Shown here: one piece after another, positions 50,820 through 62,801 of the stretch
Position numbering within the stretch: the first letter of the stretch is position 1
How the letters are laid out: the number at the start of each line of letters is the position of its first letter
Source: Deltaproteobacteria bacterium
GTDB taxonomy: Bacteria; Lernaellota; Lernaellaia; JACKCT01
Assembly (NCBI GenBank): GCA_027493875.1
Contig: JAOSJX010000002.1
Span: 229,349 to 293,348 of the forward strand
Direction of reading: 5' to 3'
DNA length: 64,000 nucleotides
Notes under the pieces: model-generated
Seen by the model: the letters and a program-made list of their open reading frames with translations, nothing else
Databases searched by the model: none
Told to the model about the DNA's origin: nothing
Position numbers and translations under genes: made by a program

Positions 50820-53394
50820 TCAGGTCGCTTGCGCTTGCCCGAGCTTGGGCGCGGTCTCCTCAATGGTGTAGCACTCCAGGATATCGCCCTCCTGCACCTT
50901 GTCGAATCCGTCGACCTGCACGCCGCATTCGAGGCCCTTTTGTACCTCGCGCACGTCGTCCCCAAAGCGCTTGAGGGACGCGACGCGGCCGTTGAACACT
51001 TCCTCTTTCTCGCGGACGACGCGGATCATGCCGTTGCGGACCATCCGCCCCTCGAGGACGTAGCAGCCGGCGATCGTTCCGATGCGCGAAATCGAGAAGG
51101 TGTTGCGCACCTCCGCCTTGCCCTGGGGAACCTCTTCCTTGATGGGGTCGAGCATGCCTTCGAGCGCTTTCGTCACGTCGTCGAGCAACTCGTAAATGAC
51201 CGAATAGACCTTGATCTGGATGCCTTCCTGCTGGGCGAGATCGCGGATTTCCTGACTTGGGCGGACGTTGAAACCGATCACCAGCGCGTTGGAGGCGGAG
51301 GCGAAGTTAATGTCCGTTTCAGTGATGCCGCCGACGCCGGAATGCACGACGTTGACCTTGACCTGATCGGTGCCGATTTTCGACATGGCGTCGGTGACGG
51401 CTTCGACGGAACCGTGAACGTCGCCTTTCAGAATGATCTTCAATTCCTTGACCGACTCTTCCTGGATCTGCTCGAAGAGGTTTTCAAGACTGACCTTGGT
51501 CATGCGCATGTTCTTGGCTTCGCGCTCGCGGCCGGCCATGGTTTCGGCCACGACCTTCGCCTGCTTCTCGGTGACCGGCACGAAGAAGCGGTCGCCCGCG
51601 GAGGGAACGCCGGAAAGACCCACGACCTCCACCGGGTCGGCGGGGCCGGCCTGGTCCACCCGTTCCCCATGGTCGTCGTGCATGAACCGCACGCGCCCGG
51701 AGAACGACCCGGCGACGATCGGATCCCCGACGCGCAGCGTTCCTTCGCGCACGAGCATTGTGGCGACCGGGCCCTGGCCCTTCTCGAGCCGCGCTTCGAG
51801 GACGACCCCGGCGGCCCGCTTTTCGGGATTCGCCTTAAGTTCAAGAATGTCCGCCTGGAGGAGCACTTTTCGAGCAATTCCTCGATGCCCAGGCGCTTCT
51901 TCGCGGAGACCTGGGCAAACATCGTATCGCCGCCCCACCCCTCGGACACCAGACCGCGTTCCGACAGCTCGGCCATGATGCGGTCGAGGTTGGCGCCTTC
52001 CTTGTCGATCTTGTTGATGGCGACGACGATCGGCACTTCGGCGTCCTTCGCGTGGTTGATCGCTTCGACGGTCTGCGGCATCACCCCGTCGTCCGCCGCG
52101 ACGACCAAAATGACGACGTCGGTGACCTGCGCGCCGCGGGCCCGCATCGTGGTGAACGATTCGTGGCCCGGCGTGTCGATAAACGCGATGCTCCGTTCGC
52201 CGACGCTGACCTTATACGCGCCGATGTGCTGCGTGATGCCGCCGGCCTCGTCGTCGACCACGCTCGTCTTTCGGATCGCGTCAAGCAACGTCGTCTTTCC
52301 GTGGTCGACGTGGCCCATCACGGTCACCACCGGGTGACGCGGCTGGAGATCCTCTTCCTGATCCGGCTCCGAAGCGAAGAGTCCTCGACCTCGACGGCGG
52401 TGTCCTCAATTTCAAAGCCGTATTCGGACGCGATGATCGTGGCGGAATCGACGTCGAGCGCCTGATTGATCGTGACCATCTGGCCCATTTCGAACAGACG
52501 TTTGATGAGATCGCCCGCCTTGATGCCCATGCGGTGGGCGAGTTCACCGACGTTGATGGCGCTTTGATGCGGATCTTTCGTTTGATGGCCTTGGGGGTCG
52601 TGATTTCGGTGTGCTTAAAATCCTTGCGGCGGCGGCGCTGCGATTCCATGCGCGTCTCGTGCAGCGCCTGCTCTTTCGATTTGCGCCGCGATCCGTATTC
52701 GCGCACGCGGTTGATTTCCACGACGCGCCGGCCGCGGCGGGCCGGGTCCTGGACGCATCGGGCGCCGGTGCCGCCGCCGGTTGTTCCGCCCCGGGACGCC
52801 CCCTGGACGCGCCGGTCGCGCGGCGGGCCGCGCCGGACGAGCGGGTGCCGAGGGAGCCGGCGGACGCGCAACCACGCGCGCCGGCTCGGGCGTCCTCCCG
52901 CGCAAATCCAGGACCCGCACGGACCGCCGTCCGCGCGACATGACCATCGTTTGCTCCTCGCTGACCTCGCCGCGCGGCGCGAGCGTTTCCGCCGGCGGTT
53001 CCGGCGCCGGTTCTTCGGCCGCCGCAAGCGGCAATTCCTCCGGCTCTTCGGGTTCGGCCACGGTCTCTTCGCCGGTTTCCGCTTCTTCCGTCTCCTCGGC
53101 TTCCGGCGGCGCCTCGGCCTCTTCCGCGGCGACCTCCTCCGCGCTCTTGCGTTTTCTCGGACGGCTCCGCCGCCGGATGACGGTCGTACCGATCCGGCTC
53201 TCGACGAATCCCGCTTGCTCCTTCTCCCGCTTTTTCTCCTCGCGCAACAAGGCGCGAACGCGTGGGAGCGCGTCTTCGTCGATCGTGGCCTGCACGTCGT
53301 CCGCGTAAATCCCCAGTTCCTTGAGTTTCTTGAGAAACTCTTGGGGATGGAGATCGATTTCCTGGGCAGCGTCGAGAACCGAAATTTTAGCCAT
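50820..53394 (-). CDS. infB: Translation initiation factor IF-2 (multiple frameshifts)
   Basis: [69 protein letters not shown]. Confidence 0.95.
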
Positions 53395-53534
53395 GGGCCG
53401 TCTCTTCGCCTTTCTCATCCTAACAGGTTGTTGAAAAAGGCCGTCCTGGCCTTTTCCACCTCCGAAAACAAAAAGCGCGGGTTTTGTTTTCCTCCATTTT
53501 CCGCGGCCTTCGAAAGACCCCGGAAAATGCCGCG

Positions 53535-53842
53535 TCATCCATGACGCGGGGGCAAACCGTCTTTCAACGGCATGGTCGTGCTCTCCGCGCGTTCGAGAAG
53601 GAGACGCGTCTCCTTCTCGTCGATCTCCAGCCGAGGCTCGCGCAGCGTGCGCTCCAACGTGCGTTTTTTCAACGCCTTGGCGAAACACGCCGCGGACGGA
53701 CACAGATACGCGCCCCGTCCTCGGACCGCTGCGCCGGGTCCGCCGTCAACCGACGGTCCGTTCCGGCGTAAAACCGGACGAGCCGGGATTTGGCCGCGCG
53801 GCGCCGACATCCGCAACAGGTTCGGACCGGCTCGCGCCTCAC
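53535..53842 (-). CDS. ylxR: YlxR/DUF448 nucleic-acid-binding protein (frameshift near 53735)
   Basis: GTG start MRREPVRTCCGCRRRAAKSRLVRF, then GRGAYLC..ACF.KA; position between nusA and infB. Confidence 0.85.
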
Positions 53843-53848
53843 AAACCC

Positions 53849-55408
53849 CTAGCCCTTCGGCTTCGCCGCTTCCGCGACGCGCTGCGCGACGTCGACATCC
53901 AATCCCGGCACCGCCAGGAGAACGTCGATCGTCACGTTCTTGAGCGCCTCGCGATTCTTATACCCGGCGCGATACAAGGCGCGGGCGCTTTCCAAGCCCA
54001 CCCCGTCAAGCTTCAGAAGATCGAACAACATCTCCGGCGACACCCCGCCGTCCGCCGCGCCCTTTCCCTTGGCGAGCGCGCCCGGTGCCTTGGCTTCGGA
54101 CGCCCCATCGGCGCCCTCCTCCGCGTCGCCTTCCGCGGCCTTCGCCGGTTCCGGCTCGGGCAGCGGCCAATCGTTGAAATCCAGAATCCGATTGCAGATT
54201 TCGATGATTTCCTTGGCGCGCGCTTCGTCGATACCCGGATAGCGCATTAGATCCTCGGGCTTTGCGTCCGCGAGCTCTTCGACATCCATGTAGCCGGACT
54301 TGATGAGCAGATCGACCGCAACCTCCGGGATCTGCGGTACGCGGGCGAAGACGGACTTCGCGATTTCGGAAATCTCGTTCCATTTGGTTTCGGACTGGAT
54401 GTCGAGCTTCCATCCGGAGAGCTGCACCGCGAGGCGGACGTTCTGTCCCCGCTTGCCGATCGCCAGCGAGAGCTGGTCGTCGGCCACGATGATCTGCATG
54501 GCGCGGCTGTCCTCGTCGATGATGACCTTGGTGACTTCCGCCGGCGCCAGCGCGTTGCAAACGAACCTCGCGGGATTTTCCGAATACGGAACGATGTCGA
54601 TTTTCTCGCCGCGCAACTCGTTCACCACGCTCTGCACGCGGCTGCCCTTCATGCCGACGCACGCGCCAACCGGGTCCACGTTAGGGTCGCGGCTCGACAC
54701 GGCGATCTTGGCGCGCATGCCCGGCTCGCGCGCGGCGGACACGATGCTCACGATCCCCTCGGCGATTTCCGGAACTTCCAGTTCGAACAATTTGCGCAAA
54801 AAGTCCGCGCTCGTCCGCGAAAGGATGATCTGCGGGCTGACGGTGCTGCGCACGATGTCCTGAATAAAGGCGCGGACCCGGTCGCCGATGTTGTAGCTTT
54901 CGCGCGGAATCTGGTCCTTGGGATACATGATGCCCTCGGCCCGTCCCAGGTCCACGATCATCGCGCCCTTCTCGAACCGACGAAGGATGCCGTTGGCGAT
55001 TTCGCCTTTACGGTCCTTGTATTCGTTGAAAATGTTGTCCTTCTCGGCGTCGCGCACCTTTTGGATGATGACCTGCTTGGCCATCTGCGCGCTGATGCGT
55101 CCGAAGCCTTTGGCGTCGATCTTCTCGCCGAGCGAGTCGCCGATCGCAACTTCCGGATCGAGCTCCTTGGCCTTGCCGACTTCGATTTCGACGTTCTCGT
55201 CTTCGACGTCTTCAACCACTTCGCGGAAGCGAAAAAGTTCCACCTCGCCCAAATCCGAATTGAAGTGGGCTTCGATGTCATAGTCGATGCCGAGCTTTTT
55301 TCGCGCGGCCGTGAGCATCGCGGCCTCGAGGGCCTCGACGATGACATCGCGGGAAACGCCGCGCTCTTTAACGACGGTTTCGATCACTTGATTCAGATCC
55401 GAGACCAT
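53849..55408 (-). CDS. nusA: Transcription termination/antitermination factor NusA
   Basis: FGRISAQMAKQVI.QKVRDAE, FELEVPEI, AREPG.RAKIAV, VGACVGMKGSRVQ, LSLAIGKRGQNVRLA. Confidence 0.97.
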   Translation of the reverse strand: MVSDLNQVIETVVKERGVSRDVIVEALEAAMLTAARKKLGIDYDIEAHFNSDLGEVELFRFREVVEDVEDENVEIEVGKAKELDPEVAIGDSLGEKIDAKGFGRISAQMAKQVIIQKVRDAEKDNIFNEYKDRKGEIANGILRRFEKGAMIVDLGRAEGIMYPKDQIPRESYNIGDRVRAFIQDIVRSTVSPQIILSRTSADFLRKLFELEVPEIAEGIVSIVSAAREPGMRAKIAVSSRDPNVDPVGACVGMKGSRVQSVVNELRGEKIDIVPYSENPARFVCNALAPAEVTKVIIDEDSRAMQIIVADDQLSLAIGKRGQNVRLAVQLSGWKLDIQSETKWNEISEIAKSVFARVPQIPEVAVDLLIKSGYMDVEELADAKPEDLMRYPGIDEARAKEIIEICNRILDFNDWPLPEPEPAKAAEGDAEEGADGASEAKAPGALAKGKGAADGGVSPEMLFDLLKLDGVGLESARALYRAGYKNREALKNVTIDVLLAVPGLDVDVAQRVAEAAKPKG

Positions 55409-55451
55409 CTTTCTGCTCCTTGCGCACCGGCGGCCCCACCCGCCGAGCGGC

Positions 55452-55904
55452 TCAGAACTCGTACACCTGATGGGCCTTGTCGACGAGTTCTCTTGCTATC
55501 TCGAATTCCCGGCCGTCCACCTCGACGACCCAGGACGCGTTCTTCACTTCCTTAAGACGGCCTTTGAAACTTTTCCGACCGTCCACGTCGCGCTTCGTCT
55601 TCACTTTCACCATCTTGCCGACCGCCGCGCGCGCATCCGCGTCGTGACGAATCGGCCGGTCCAGCCCGGGGCTCGACACCTCCAGGTGGTACGCTCCGGC
55701 GATGACGTCCTCGACATCCAAATGCGTCGAGAGTTCGCGGCTGACCTTCGCGCAATCCTCAACCGTCACACCGGTCGGACAGTCGATCGTCACGCGCACA
55801 ATGCGCCGTTTGCCTCCGCCGAGCACTTCAACGTCGAAAAGATCGATGCCCGCATCACGGCAAACCGCGTCAGCGAGCTTACGTATCCGGCCTAGATCAT
55901 CCAT
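55452..55904 (-). CDS. rimP: Ribosome maturation factor RimP
   Basis: GVTVEDCAKVSR, YHLEVSSPGLDRP, DGRKSFKG. Confidence 0.95.
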   Translation of the reverse strand: MDDLGRIRKLADAVCRDAGIDLFDVEVLGGGKRRIVRVTIDCPTGVTVEDCAKVSRELSTHLDVEDVIAGAYHLEVSSPGLDRPIRHDADARAAVGKMVKVKTKRDVDGRKSFKGRLKEVKNASWVVEVDGREFEIARELVDKAHQVYEF

Positions 55905-55968
55905 TTAACCGGCTCCGCGAAAGGCCTGCAATTTCAATGAGATAGATAAAGCCGCTTCAATCTTTCCA

Positions 55969-56002
55969 ACAAAAAAGCGGGACCCCGGAGGGCTGCCCGC
56001 TT
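55969..56002 (-). terminator. Leader hairpin + U-tract upstream of rimP (attenuator-like)
   Basis: Minus strand AAGCGGG-N14-CCCGCTT followed by TTTTGTT, between the promoter and rimP. Confidence 0.6.
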
Positions 56003-56027
56003 CGTCAGCAGACTCTTTCGACGCCGC

Positions 56028-56056
56028 TATATATCACAGGCACTGAAAGTCCGCAA
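56028..56056 (-). promoter_or_regulatory. Sigma-70-like promoter of the rimP-nusA-infB operon
   Basis: Minus strand TTGCGG-N17-TATATA with extended -10 TG. Confidence 0.55.
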
Positions 56057-56185
56057 GTGACGCGCGTGACTGGATTTTTGTGGGAACGGAGGACGCGTTC
56101 TCGCACTAAATAAAACGCGAAACTATCTGTTTTCCAGCGTCTCACGCATAATGACCACGCCTTAAAAAAATTCGGAGCCGCCGAC

Positions 56186-56926
56186 ATGCGCGTTCAGTTT
56201 CTCGGCACCGGTTCGTGGTATCCGCATCGTGGGCGAATGGGGCCGTGCGTTCTGGTGGAGGCGGCCGGCGCACGGTGGCTCGTCGATTGCGGCGAGGGAG
56301 CCCTTCGCCGCCTTGCGGATGCCGGGGTCGACCCTGCTTCGGTTGCCGGTGTGCTTTTCACGCACACGCACCCCGACCACGTCGCCGGGCTCCTGTCGTT
56401 TCTCGAATATCTTCGCGTAATAAAACATCGAGACCAAATGGCGCTTATCGGCCCCCGCGGTATCCGCGCGTTGACCGAGGTCCTGCCGCGGCTCGGCGAT
56501 CCCGATTTATTCGACGTGGGACCGCCGCTACGTTTTGAGGAGTTCGACGCGCCCGCGGATTTCGATGCCGGGCCCTTTCGCGTCACGGCGCGGCCGGTCC
56601 GGCATCGCAAACCTTGCGTCGGGTATCGTATTGAAGCGGCAGGCCGCGTTCTCACGCTCAGCGGGGATACCGGCCCGTGCGACGCGATGGTCGACCTGGC
56701 CCGCGGCGCGGATTTATTCGTTTGCGAAGCCGGCGCGGCGCGGCCCTACGCGGGGCACATGACGCCGGAAGAAGCGGGAACGATCGCCGAGAGGGCGGAC
56801 GCGCGACGGCTCGCGCTCGTGCATCTCGCGCCGGGTGCGAAGGCCGAAGACTCCGTCGAACGATGCCGCAAGACGTTTCGCGGTGAGGTGTTCGCGCCGG
56901 ACGATTTAGCCGTTCGGGACTTATGA
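56186..56926 (+). CDS. MBL-fold metallo-hydrolase (RNase Z/AtsA-like)
   Basis: FLGTGS, LVDCGEG, THTHPDH (HxHxDH), SGDT, CEA, GHMT, LVHL. Confidence 0.88.
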   Translation: MRVQFLGTGSWYPHRGRMGPCVLVEAAGARWLVDCGEGALRRLADAGVDPASVAGVLFTHTHPDHVAGLLSFLEYLRVIKHRDQMALIGPRGIRALTEVLPRLGDPDLFDVGPPLRFEEFDAPADFDAGPFRVTARPVRHRKPCVGYRIEAAGRVLTLSGDTGPCDAMVDLARGADLFVCEAGAARPYAGHMTPEEAGTIAERADARRLALVHLAPGAKAEDSVERCRKTFRGEVFAPDDLAVRDL

Positions 56927-58511
56927 ATCGGCGGACGCGTTTTTCGGACGGCCGGGTTTGTGGCGCTGCTCGAGAAATTCCGCGATGACCTTGTCGCGGT
57001 CTCGATCGGTCTTTCCCGATTCCGCGGCGCGCATTTCGACCTTCGCGAAACGGCTGTCCGGATTGATCTGCAGCGCCTTGGCGAGATATTCCTTGGCGCG
57101 GTTCGGCTGGCCGTCGTGCCGGTGAAGCATGCCGCGGCAAATGTTGGTCAGCTCCGAATTGGGGTCGGCCGCGTAACCGCGCAGCAGCGTCTCCCGGCCG
57201 GATTCGCGGATATCGCGGTCGTGCTCCTGTTGTCCGTGGAGAAATCGCGCGAGCCCGAGAACGACGAGCGTTTCGCCATCCGGGTCCACGATTTCAGTGG
57301 ACGCCACCAACTCCTCGACCGCGCGGTCGTAAAGCTCTTTCGTGAGGAGATAACTCTCGCCTTTTTGGCGCAGCAATTCGGCGCCCGTCTCCAGGAACGT
57401 AGGGTCAAGCGTTTTCAGGCGGTATTTATGGCGGTCGGACCGATTCTTGACGGCGTGGAAGGCGTTCTCGTGATAAGTCCAGAGTTTTTGGAGCAGGCCG
57501 ACTTCGACTTCATTCGCGGCCCCGGTGACGCGCCGGTGGTGCTCCTCCTTTAGTCTTTCGTAAGCCGCCTGGATTTGTGCGTCGTTGGCGGACCAATGAA
57601 CACCGAGCAGTTCGAAGTGCGAATCCTTTTCGATGTGCTTGAGGCGCTCGGCCAGTTCCTGAAGGCGCGCTTCCGTCTTGTCCTCGCGCGTGTCGTCGAG
57701 AAATACGATCATGCCCAGCAAGTGCATCGCCCAAACGAAGCGCTTCGTTTCGTGCGCCTTGAACGGGGCGGTAATCAGGAGGCTGGTCATCTGGTGGTCT
57801 TTTTCCAGATGCTCCGACCAGAATTTCCAAAAGCGCGTGCCGAATCCGAGTTCCTCGGGCGGAAACGCGGGCGGATCGGCGCGGCCGACCCATCGGTTCG
57901 CAACGAATCGCATGCCGGCGTCGATCTGGTCCTCGGGGTAAAATTTCCAGAGCAAGCCGAAGAGAACGCGCGAGAGCTCCGCGCGCTCGCCGCCAAGCCG
58001 CGCGGGAACGTCGTCGAGCGGCGGTGATTTCGTAGACGCCCTCCCGCCATTCGAAAAGCGGCGCGAGTTTGACTTTGTGCTGGAGCCGCAGCGTGTCCCA
58101 GAGCTTCTCCGGACCGATGCAGCCCATGTTCACGAGAACCTCGCCTTGCGGCCGGCCGGTCTTTTTGCGCGTCGCGAGAGAAGACACGACCTGATCGGAC
58201 ACGAGGATGCCCTCCGCCTGAAGCAGGCGCCCGAGGCATTCCTTAGGGTCGAAGGGCACGGAGAGAACGTTGATCAGTTCTCCCCGGGCAAAATACAGGC
58301 TCTTGTAATGATCCTTGTCGAGAAAGAGGCGTAGCCGCGCGGTGCGCTTTTCGTTGTGGACGCGAACGATCAGCGGCACGACGTTGTCGATGTCCCAGGA
58401 GCCCGTTTCCGCGGCAACGCGCGGCGACTCGGAAACGGCGGCGGCGACCGGCGCCTCGACGGCTCGGTCATTCGGGGCGCCTTTTGGGCGGTTTTTGTCC
58501 TGCAAATTCAC
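56921..58511 (-). CDS. DUF4388(PATAN)-like + degenerate J-domain + TPR protein (frameshift near 58000)
   Basis: KSLYFARG, CLGRLLQAEG, GEVLVNMG, LFEWREGVY; HFELLGV..SANDAQIQAAY; C-terminal AKEYLAKALQINPD. Confidence 0.7.
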
Positions 58512-58517
58512 GGGCGT

Positions 58518-58545
58518 ATTATACTGAATGCCGGTTCAATCTCAA
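58518..58545 (-). promoter_or_regulatory. Sigma-70-like promoter for the DUF4388/J-domain gene
   Basis: Minus strand TTGAGA-N16-TATAAT just upstream of the ORF start. Confidence 0.55.
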
Positions 58546-58589
58546 CAAAAATCTTAATTCAAGGGGAAATAAACGCCCATCCCGCCGCG

Positions 58590-59623
58590 CTAGAGTAGAA
58601 AATCAGTCAAAACCAACGCGACCATGGCTTCGGCGACGGGGACGACGCGGGGGGCGATGCAGGGGTCGTGGCGGCCTTCGACGGCGACGGCGACCGGGTT
58701 GCCCTCAAGGTCGACGGTCTGTTGTTCCTTCCCGATGGAACTCGCTGGTTTGACGGCCAGACGGGCCACGACGGGCGCGCCCGTCGAGATGCCGCCGAGC
58801 ACGCCGCCGGCGTGGTTCGTGACGAAACCCTCGGGGCGCATGGAATCGTTGCTCTCGCTGCCGCGTTTGGCCGCCGCGGCGAATCCCTCGCCGATCTCCA
58901 CGCCCTTGATCGACCCGATGCTCATGAGCGCGTAGGCGAGGCGCGCGTCAAGTTTTTCGTAAACCGGATCGCCGAGACCGGCGGGCACGCCTTCCGCGAT
59001 GACCTCGACGACGGCGCCGACGCTGTCTTTGTCCGCGCGGGCGCGCTCGATTTCCTCGGCCATCGCCACCGCCGCGTCCGGGTCCGCGCAACGCACCGGA
59101 TTTTGTTCGATCGTCTCCGGTAAAAACCTTTCCGCACGGACACCGCCCACCTGCACGACGTGACCCGTGATCCGAATGCCTTTCGGTTCAAGGATCAGCC
59201 GCGCAAGCGCACCGGCGGCGACGCGCGCCGCCGTTTCGCGGCCGCTGGAGCGCCCTCCCCCCGCGGGTCGCGAATGCCGTATTTTACGTGATAGGTGTAG
59301 TCGGCGTGGCCCGGGCGGAACACCTTGGCGATGTCCGAGTAATCCTTCGGGCGCTGGTCGGTATTGCGGATGACCATCATGACCGGCGCGCCGGTGGTTT
59401 GCCCCTCGTACACGCCACTCCAGATTTCGACGCGGTCGGCCTCCTGCCGCTGCGTGGTGAGGGCCGATTGGCCGGGGCGCCGGCGGTCGAGTTGTTCCTG
59501 GATACGCGCTTCGTCGAGGCTGATTTTCGGCGGCACGCCGTCCACAACGACGCCGATGCCCACGCCGTGGCTCTCGCCGAACGTGGTGAACCGGAAATTG
59601 CGGCCGAAGCTATTGGATGCCAA
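58590..59623 (-). CDS. aroC: Chorismate synthase (frameshifts near 59130-59260)
   Basis: [54 protein letters not shown]. Confidence 0.95.
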
Positions 59624-59739
59624 GAACGACGCTCCTTTTATCCTTTAGCCGATCATAGTCGGGCGCGGCGTGCATGGAAAGCCCGCTTGCGTCCCGCGGC
59701 GCGGTGTGATTGCTTGACGGCGAACGACTTGGAGGGCTC

Positions 59740-60354
59740 ATGGCCCGCTCCCGCAAACCCGACCGGCGCAAATCCTCGGGCGACCCGCGCGCGGATCACT
59801 ATTTCTATAAAGCCAAGGACGAGGGCTTTGCCGCGCGTTCGGTCTACAAACTGGAAGAGATCGACCGCCGCGACGGGCTCCTGCGCGCCGGGATGCGCGT
59901 TCTCGATCTCGGCTGCGCGCCGGGATCGTGGACGCAATACGCCGCGCGCCGCGTGGGGCCGACGGGCTTCGTTCTCGGCATCGACCGAACGCCGTGCGCC
60001 CTTTCCCTCCCCAACGCACGCACCGTGACCGCCGATCTGCTGGAGGAGACGCCGGGGGGCGATGAGCCGTTCGACGTCGTTTTGTCGGATATGGCGCCCG
60101 CGACGTCCGGCATTCGCGACGTGGACGAGGCGCGCAGTTTGGAACTGGTCCGCGCGGCGGCGGCCGTGGCGGCGGCGCGGCTGGCACCCGGCGGGAGTTT
60201 CGTCGCCAAGATTTTTCAGGGGCCGGACACCAAGGCTTTGGTCGAGGAACTGCGTGCGGCGTATCGGGAGTGCGCGCTGCGCCGGCCGAAGGCGACGCGG
60301 TCGGAAAGCCGCGAAATCTTTCTGGTCTGCCGGGAATTTCGCGGGCGCGGATGA
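59740..60354 (+). CDS. rlmE: 23S rRNA (uridine2552-2'-O)-methyltransferase RlmE/FtsJ
   Basis: GGAGG RBS; RSVYKLEEID, DLGCAPGSW, VLSDMAP, FVAKIFQG, KATRSESREIF. Confidence 0.92.
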   Translation: MARSRKPDRRKSSGDPRADHYFYKAKDEGFAARSVYKLEEIDRRDGLLRAGMRVLDLGCAPGSWTQYAARRVGPTGFVLGIDRTPCALSLPNARTVTADLLEETPGGDEPFDVVLSDMAPATSGIRDVDEARSLELVRAAAAVAAARLAPGGSFVAKIFQGPDTKALVEELRAAYRECALRRPKATRSESREIFLVCREFRGRG

Positions 60355-61599
60355 TTGACATTTCGCGCCGATTCGGGCGTCATGCGCCGCGCAATTATCG
60401 CCCCGCGGCCTACGATTTTCGGAGTTCGGATTGGCGTTGGACAGGGCCTTCCTGACGGACAGGCGATTTCAAAAATCCGCATTGCGCTCATGGTGCTCGC
60501 CATTTTCGTGGCCGTCGAAGCGGTGGTCCGCGTCGTCACGGCGCGCCCGAATCTCGTCACGCGCAACGTCGGAACGGACGACCAAAACCTCCAATACCTT
60601 CTCGAACAGCTTCACCGGTCCAAGCGCCTCGGGACGCCGCGGATCGTCTTCATCGGCAGTTCGGTGATGCAGGGCTATCTCAACGCGTGGGACGACCGCG
60701 CCTTTCCGTTCATGGCACAGCAGATGTTGCGCAAGAAGCTACGGTTACAAGGGCCTCAAGGTGTTTAACCTCGCCGCCGCGGGCAACAGCTTCGCGGATC
60801 ATCTGTCGATCCTGAACCGCGTCCTGAGGACGAGCCCGACCTCGTTGTTCACGCGATTCACTTCAAGCTCTTTTCAACCTACAAGTCGGAACCGATCACG
60901 CGTCCCGAGGATTCGTATTATCTCGTCGGCCATCCCGAGTTGTGGCCGCACCTCGCGCGGTTCGGGATCTCGCCGAAAAAATTCGTCGGGATTTATCTGG
61001 ATAAAAAGATCGGCGAACTCTGGAAAACCTTCGGCCACCGCGATCTGCTCACGCACCTCGCCACCGGGGCGGACCGCGTGGCGATGCAGGTGGTCCGCAA
61101 GAAATTTCAAGAGACCTTCGGCTTTCTCACGGAGGAGGAATATCTCGCGCGCCTCAAGACGCCGGAAGAGCACAATCAGGATTATCTCTGGAAGATTCTG
61201 CCCGAACCGCTGCTGAAACAGAACTACGAGATCTGCGGCAACTTCAATTTTACCGAGTCCAATCCGCAATGGCAGAACTTTGAGGATGAAGCGAAGCTCG
61301 CGAGCGACAAGGGACAGCAAGTGATGTTCTACCTGACGCCTATGAACAAGTCGCTCATCATCGAGCGCGGGTTGTTCAACTGGGATACGGTGGTGCCCGC
61401 GTATAAGGAGAACGTGTATCACGTGACCCGGCGCTACGGGCATCGGCTGAAGGACTACACGCTCGCGGTCAACGACGCCTACTTCTCCGACACCGATCAC
61501 ATCAACATGAACGGCCACGAGCAGCTCGCGCAGCGCATCGCGGTCGACGTCCACCGCCAACTCAAGGCCAAACGCGCCCGGAGCGACCGTTGGAACTGA
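60351..61599 (+). CDS. Membrane-anchored SGNH-fold acyltransferase partner (DltD/AlgJ/PatB-like), at least 3 frameshifts
   Basis: TM anchor, block I IVFIGSSV, block II FNLAAAGN, block V FSDTDH.N..GH. Confidence 0.7.
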
Positions 61600-62800
61600 T
61601 CTCTTGGGCCACGCTTTTGTTTTTCCTCGCGGCGATCCCCGCCTACTGGGCGCTGCCGAAGCGCTGGCGCGCGGGTTTCTTCTGCGTCGCGGGTTTTACG
61701 TACTACTTTATTTCGTCGCCGCAGAGCGGCGTGCTCACGCTGATCTTCCTGTGGGTTATCCTTCTCTTTCAACGCATGATCCTCGCCGCGGAAACGGACC
61801 GCGGGCGTAAAAGACTTCTGATCGTCGCGGCCGTCATCTGCGCCGGTCCGATGGTGTTCTACAAGTACCGATTCTCGATCTTCGGCGGCCTTCCCGGATT
61901 CGGCTGGGCCGTGGATCTTCCACTGACGGTGCCGGTGGGCATCAGCTATTTTACGTTCCGCGCCCTGCATTTCTTGATTGAAACGCGCCGTGGTCACATC
62001 GGCCGCACGTCCGCCATCGATTTTTTCTATTACATTACGTTCATTCCCACCGTGGTCGCCGGGCCGATCGAACGGTTCGAGCCGTTCCAGACGCAGCAAA
62101 AAGCGCAGCCCGATTTCGACCCCGACATGTTCGGCGAAGGACTGCGGCGCATCGCGATCGGCGTCGTCAAGAAACTTGTGCTGGCCGACATGTTCTTCGG
62201 CTTCATTACGTCCTTCTTAAAACCCGGCACCAATCTGACGCTGGGCACCGCGCAAATCTGGATCTGCCTGCACTGCTATTACGCGTATCTTTATATGGAC
62301 TTTTCCGGGTATTCGGATATCGCCATCGGCGTCTCGCGCTTGTTCGGTTTCCGCATCATGGAAAATTTCAACTGGCCGATCTTCGCGCACAATATCCGCG
62401 AATTCTGGCGACGGTGGCACATCTCGCTCACCGGTTGGCTGACGGAATACCTGTACTTTTCCCTCGGCGGCAGCCGCAAGGGCGAGATCCGAGCCAACAT
62501 CAACACGATGATCACCATGATGGTCATCGCGCTATGGCACGGGTCGTTGCTTCTCCAACACTATTTTATCTGGGGCCTTTATCTCGGGCTGGGCCTTGTC
62601 GTGTTCCGCCAGTGGCTGCGCGTCAAAAACGCTTCTTCCCGCAGTTCGGCGATACACCGACGAGTTGGGGACGCGTGGTCGGCATCATCATGACGATCGA
62701 ATATATGAATCTTTCGTGGCCGATCTTCCTGTTCGATACGCCGGTCGCGGCCATTATGTACATCAAGATGTTCGGCATCGGCCTGCTCATGGGAGGATGA
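61590..62800 (+). CDS. MBOAT-family O-acyltransferase (AlgI/DltB/PatA-like), frameshift near 62660
   Basis: PVGISYFTF, AGPIER, YMDFSGYSDIAIG, ENFNWP, EFWRRWHISL..WL.EYLY, ALWHG catalytic His. Confidence 0.92.
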
Positions 62801-62801
62801 C

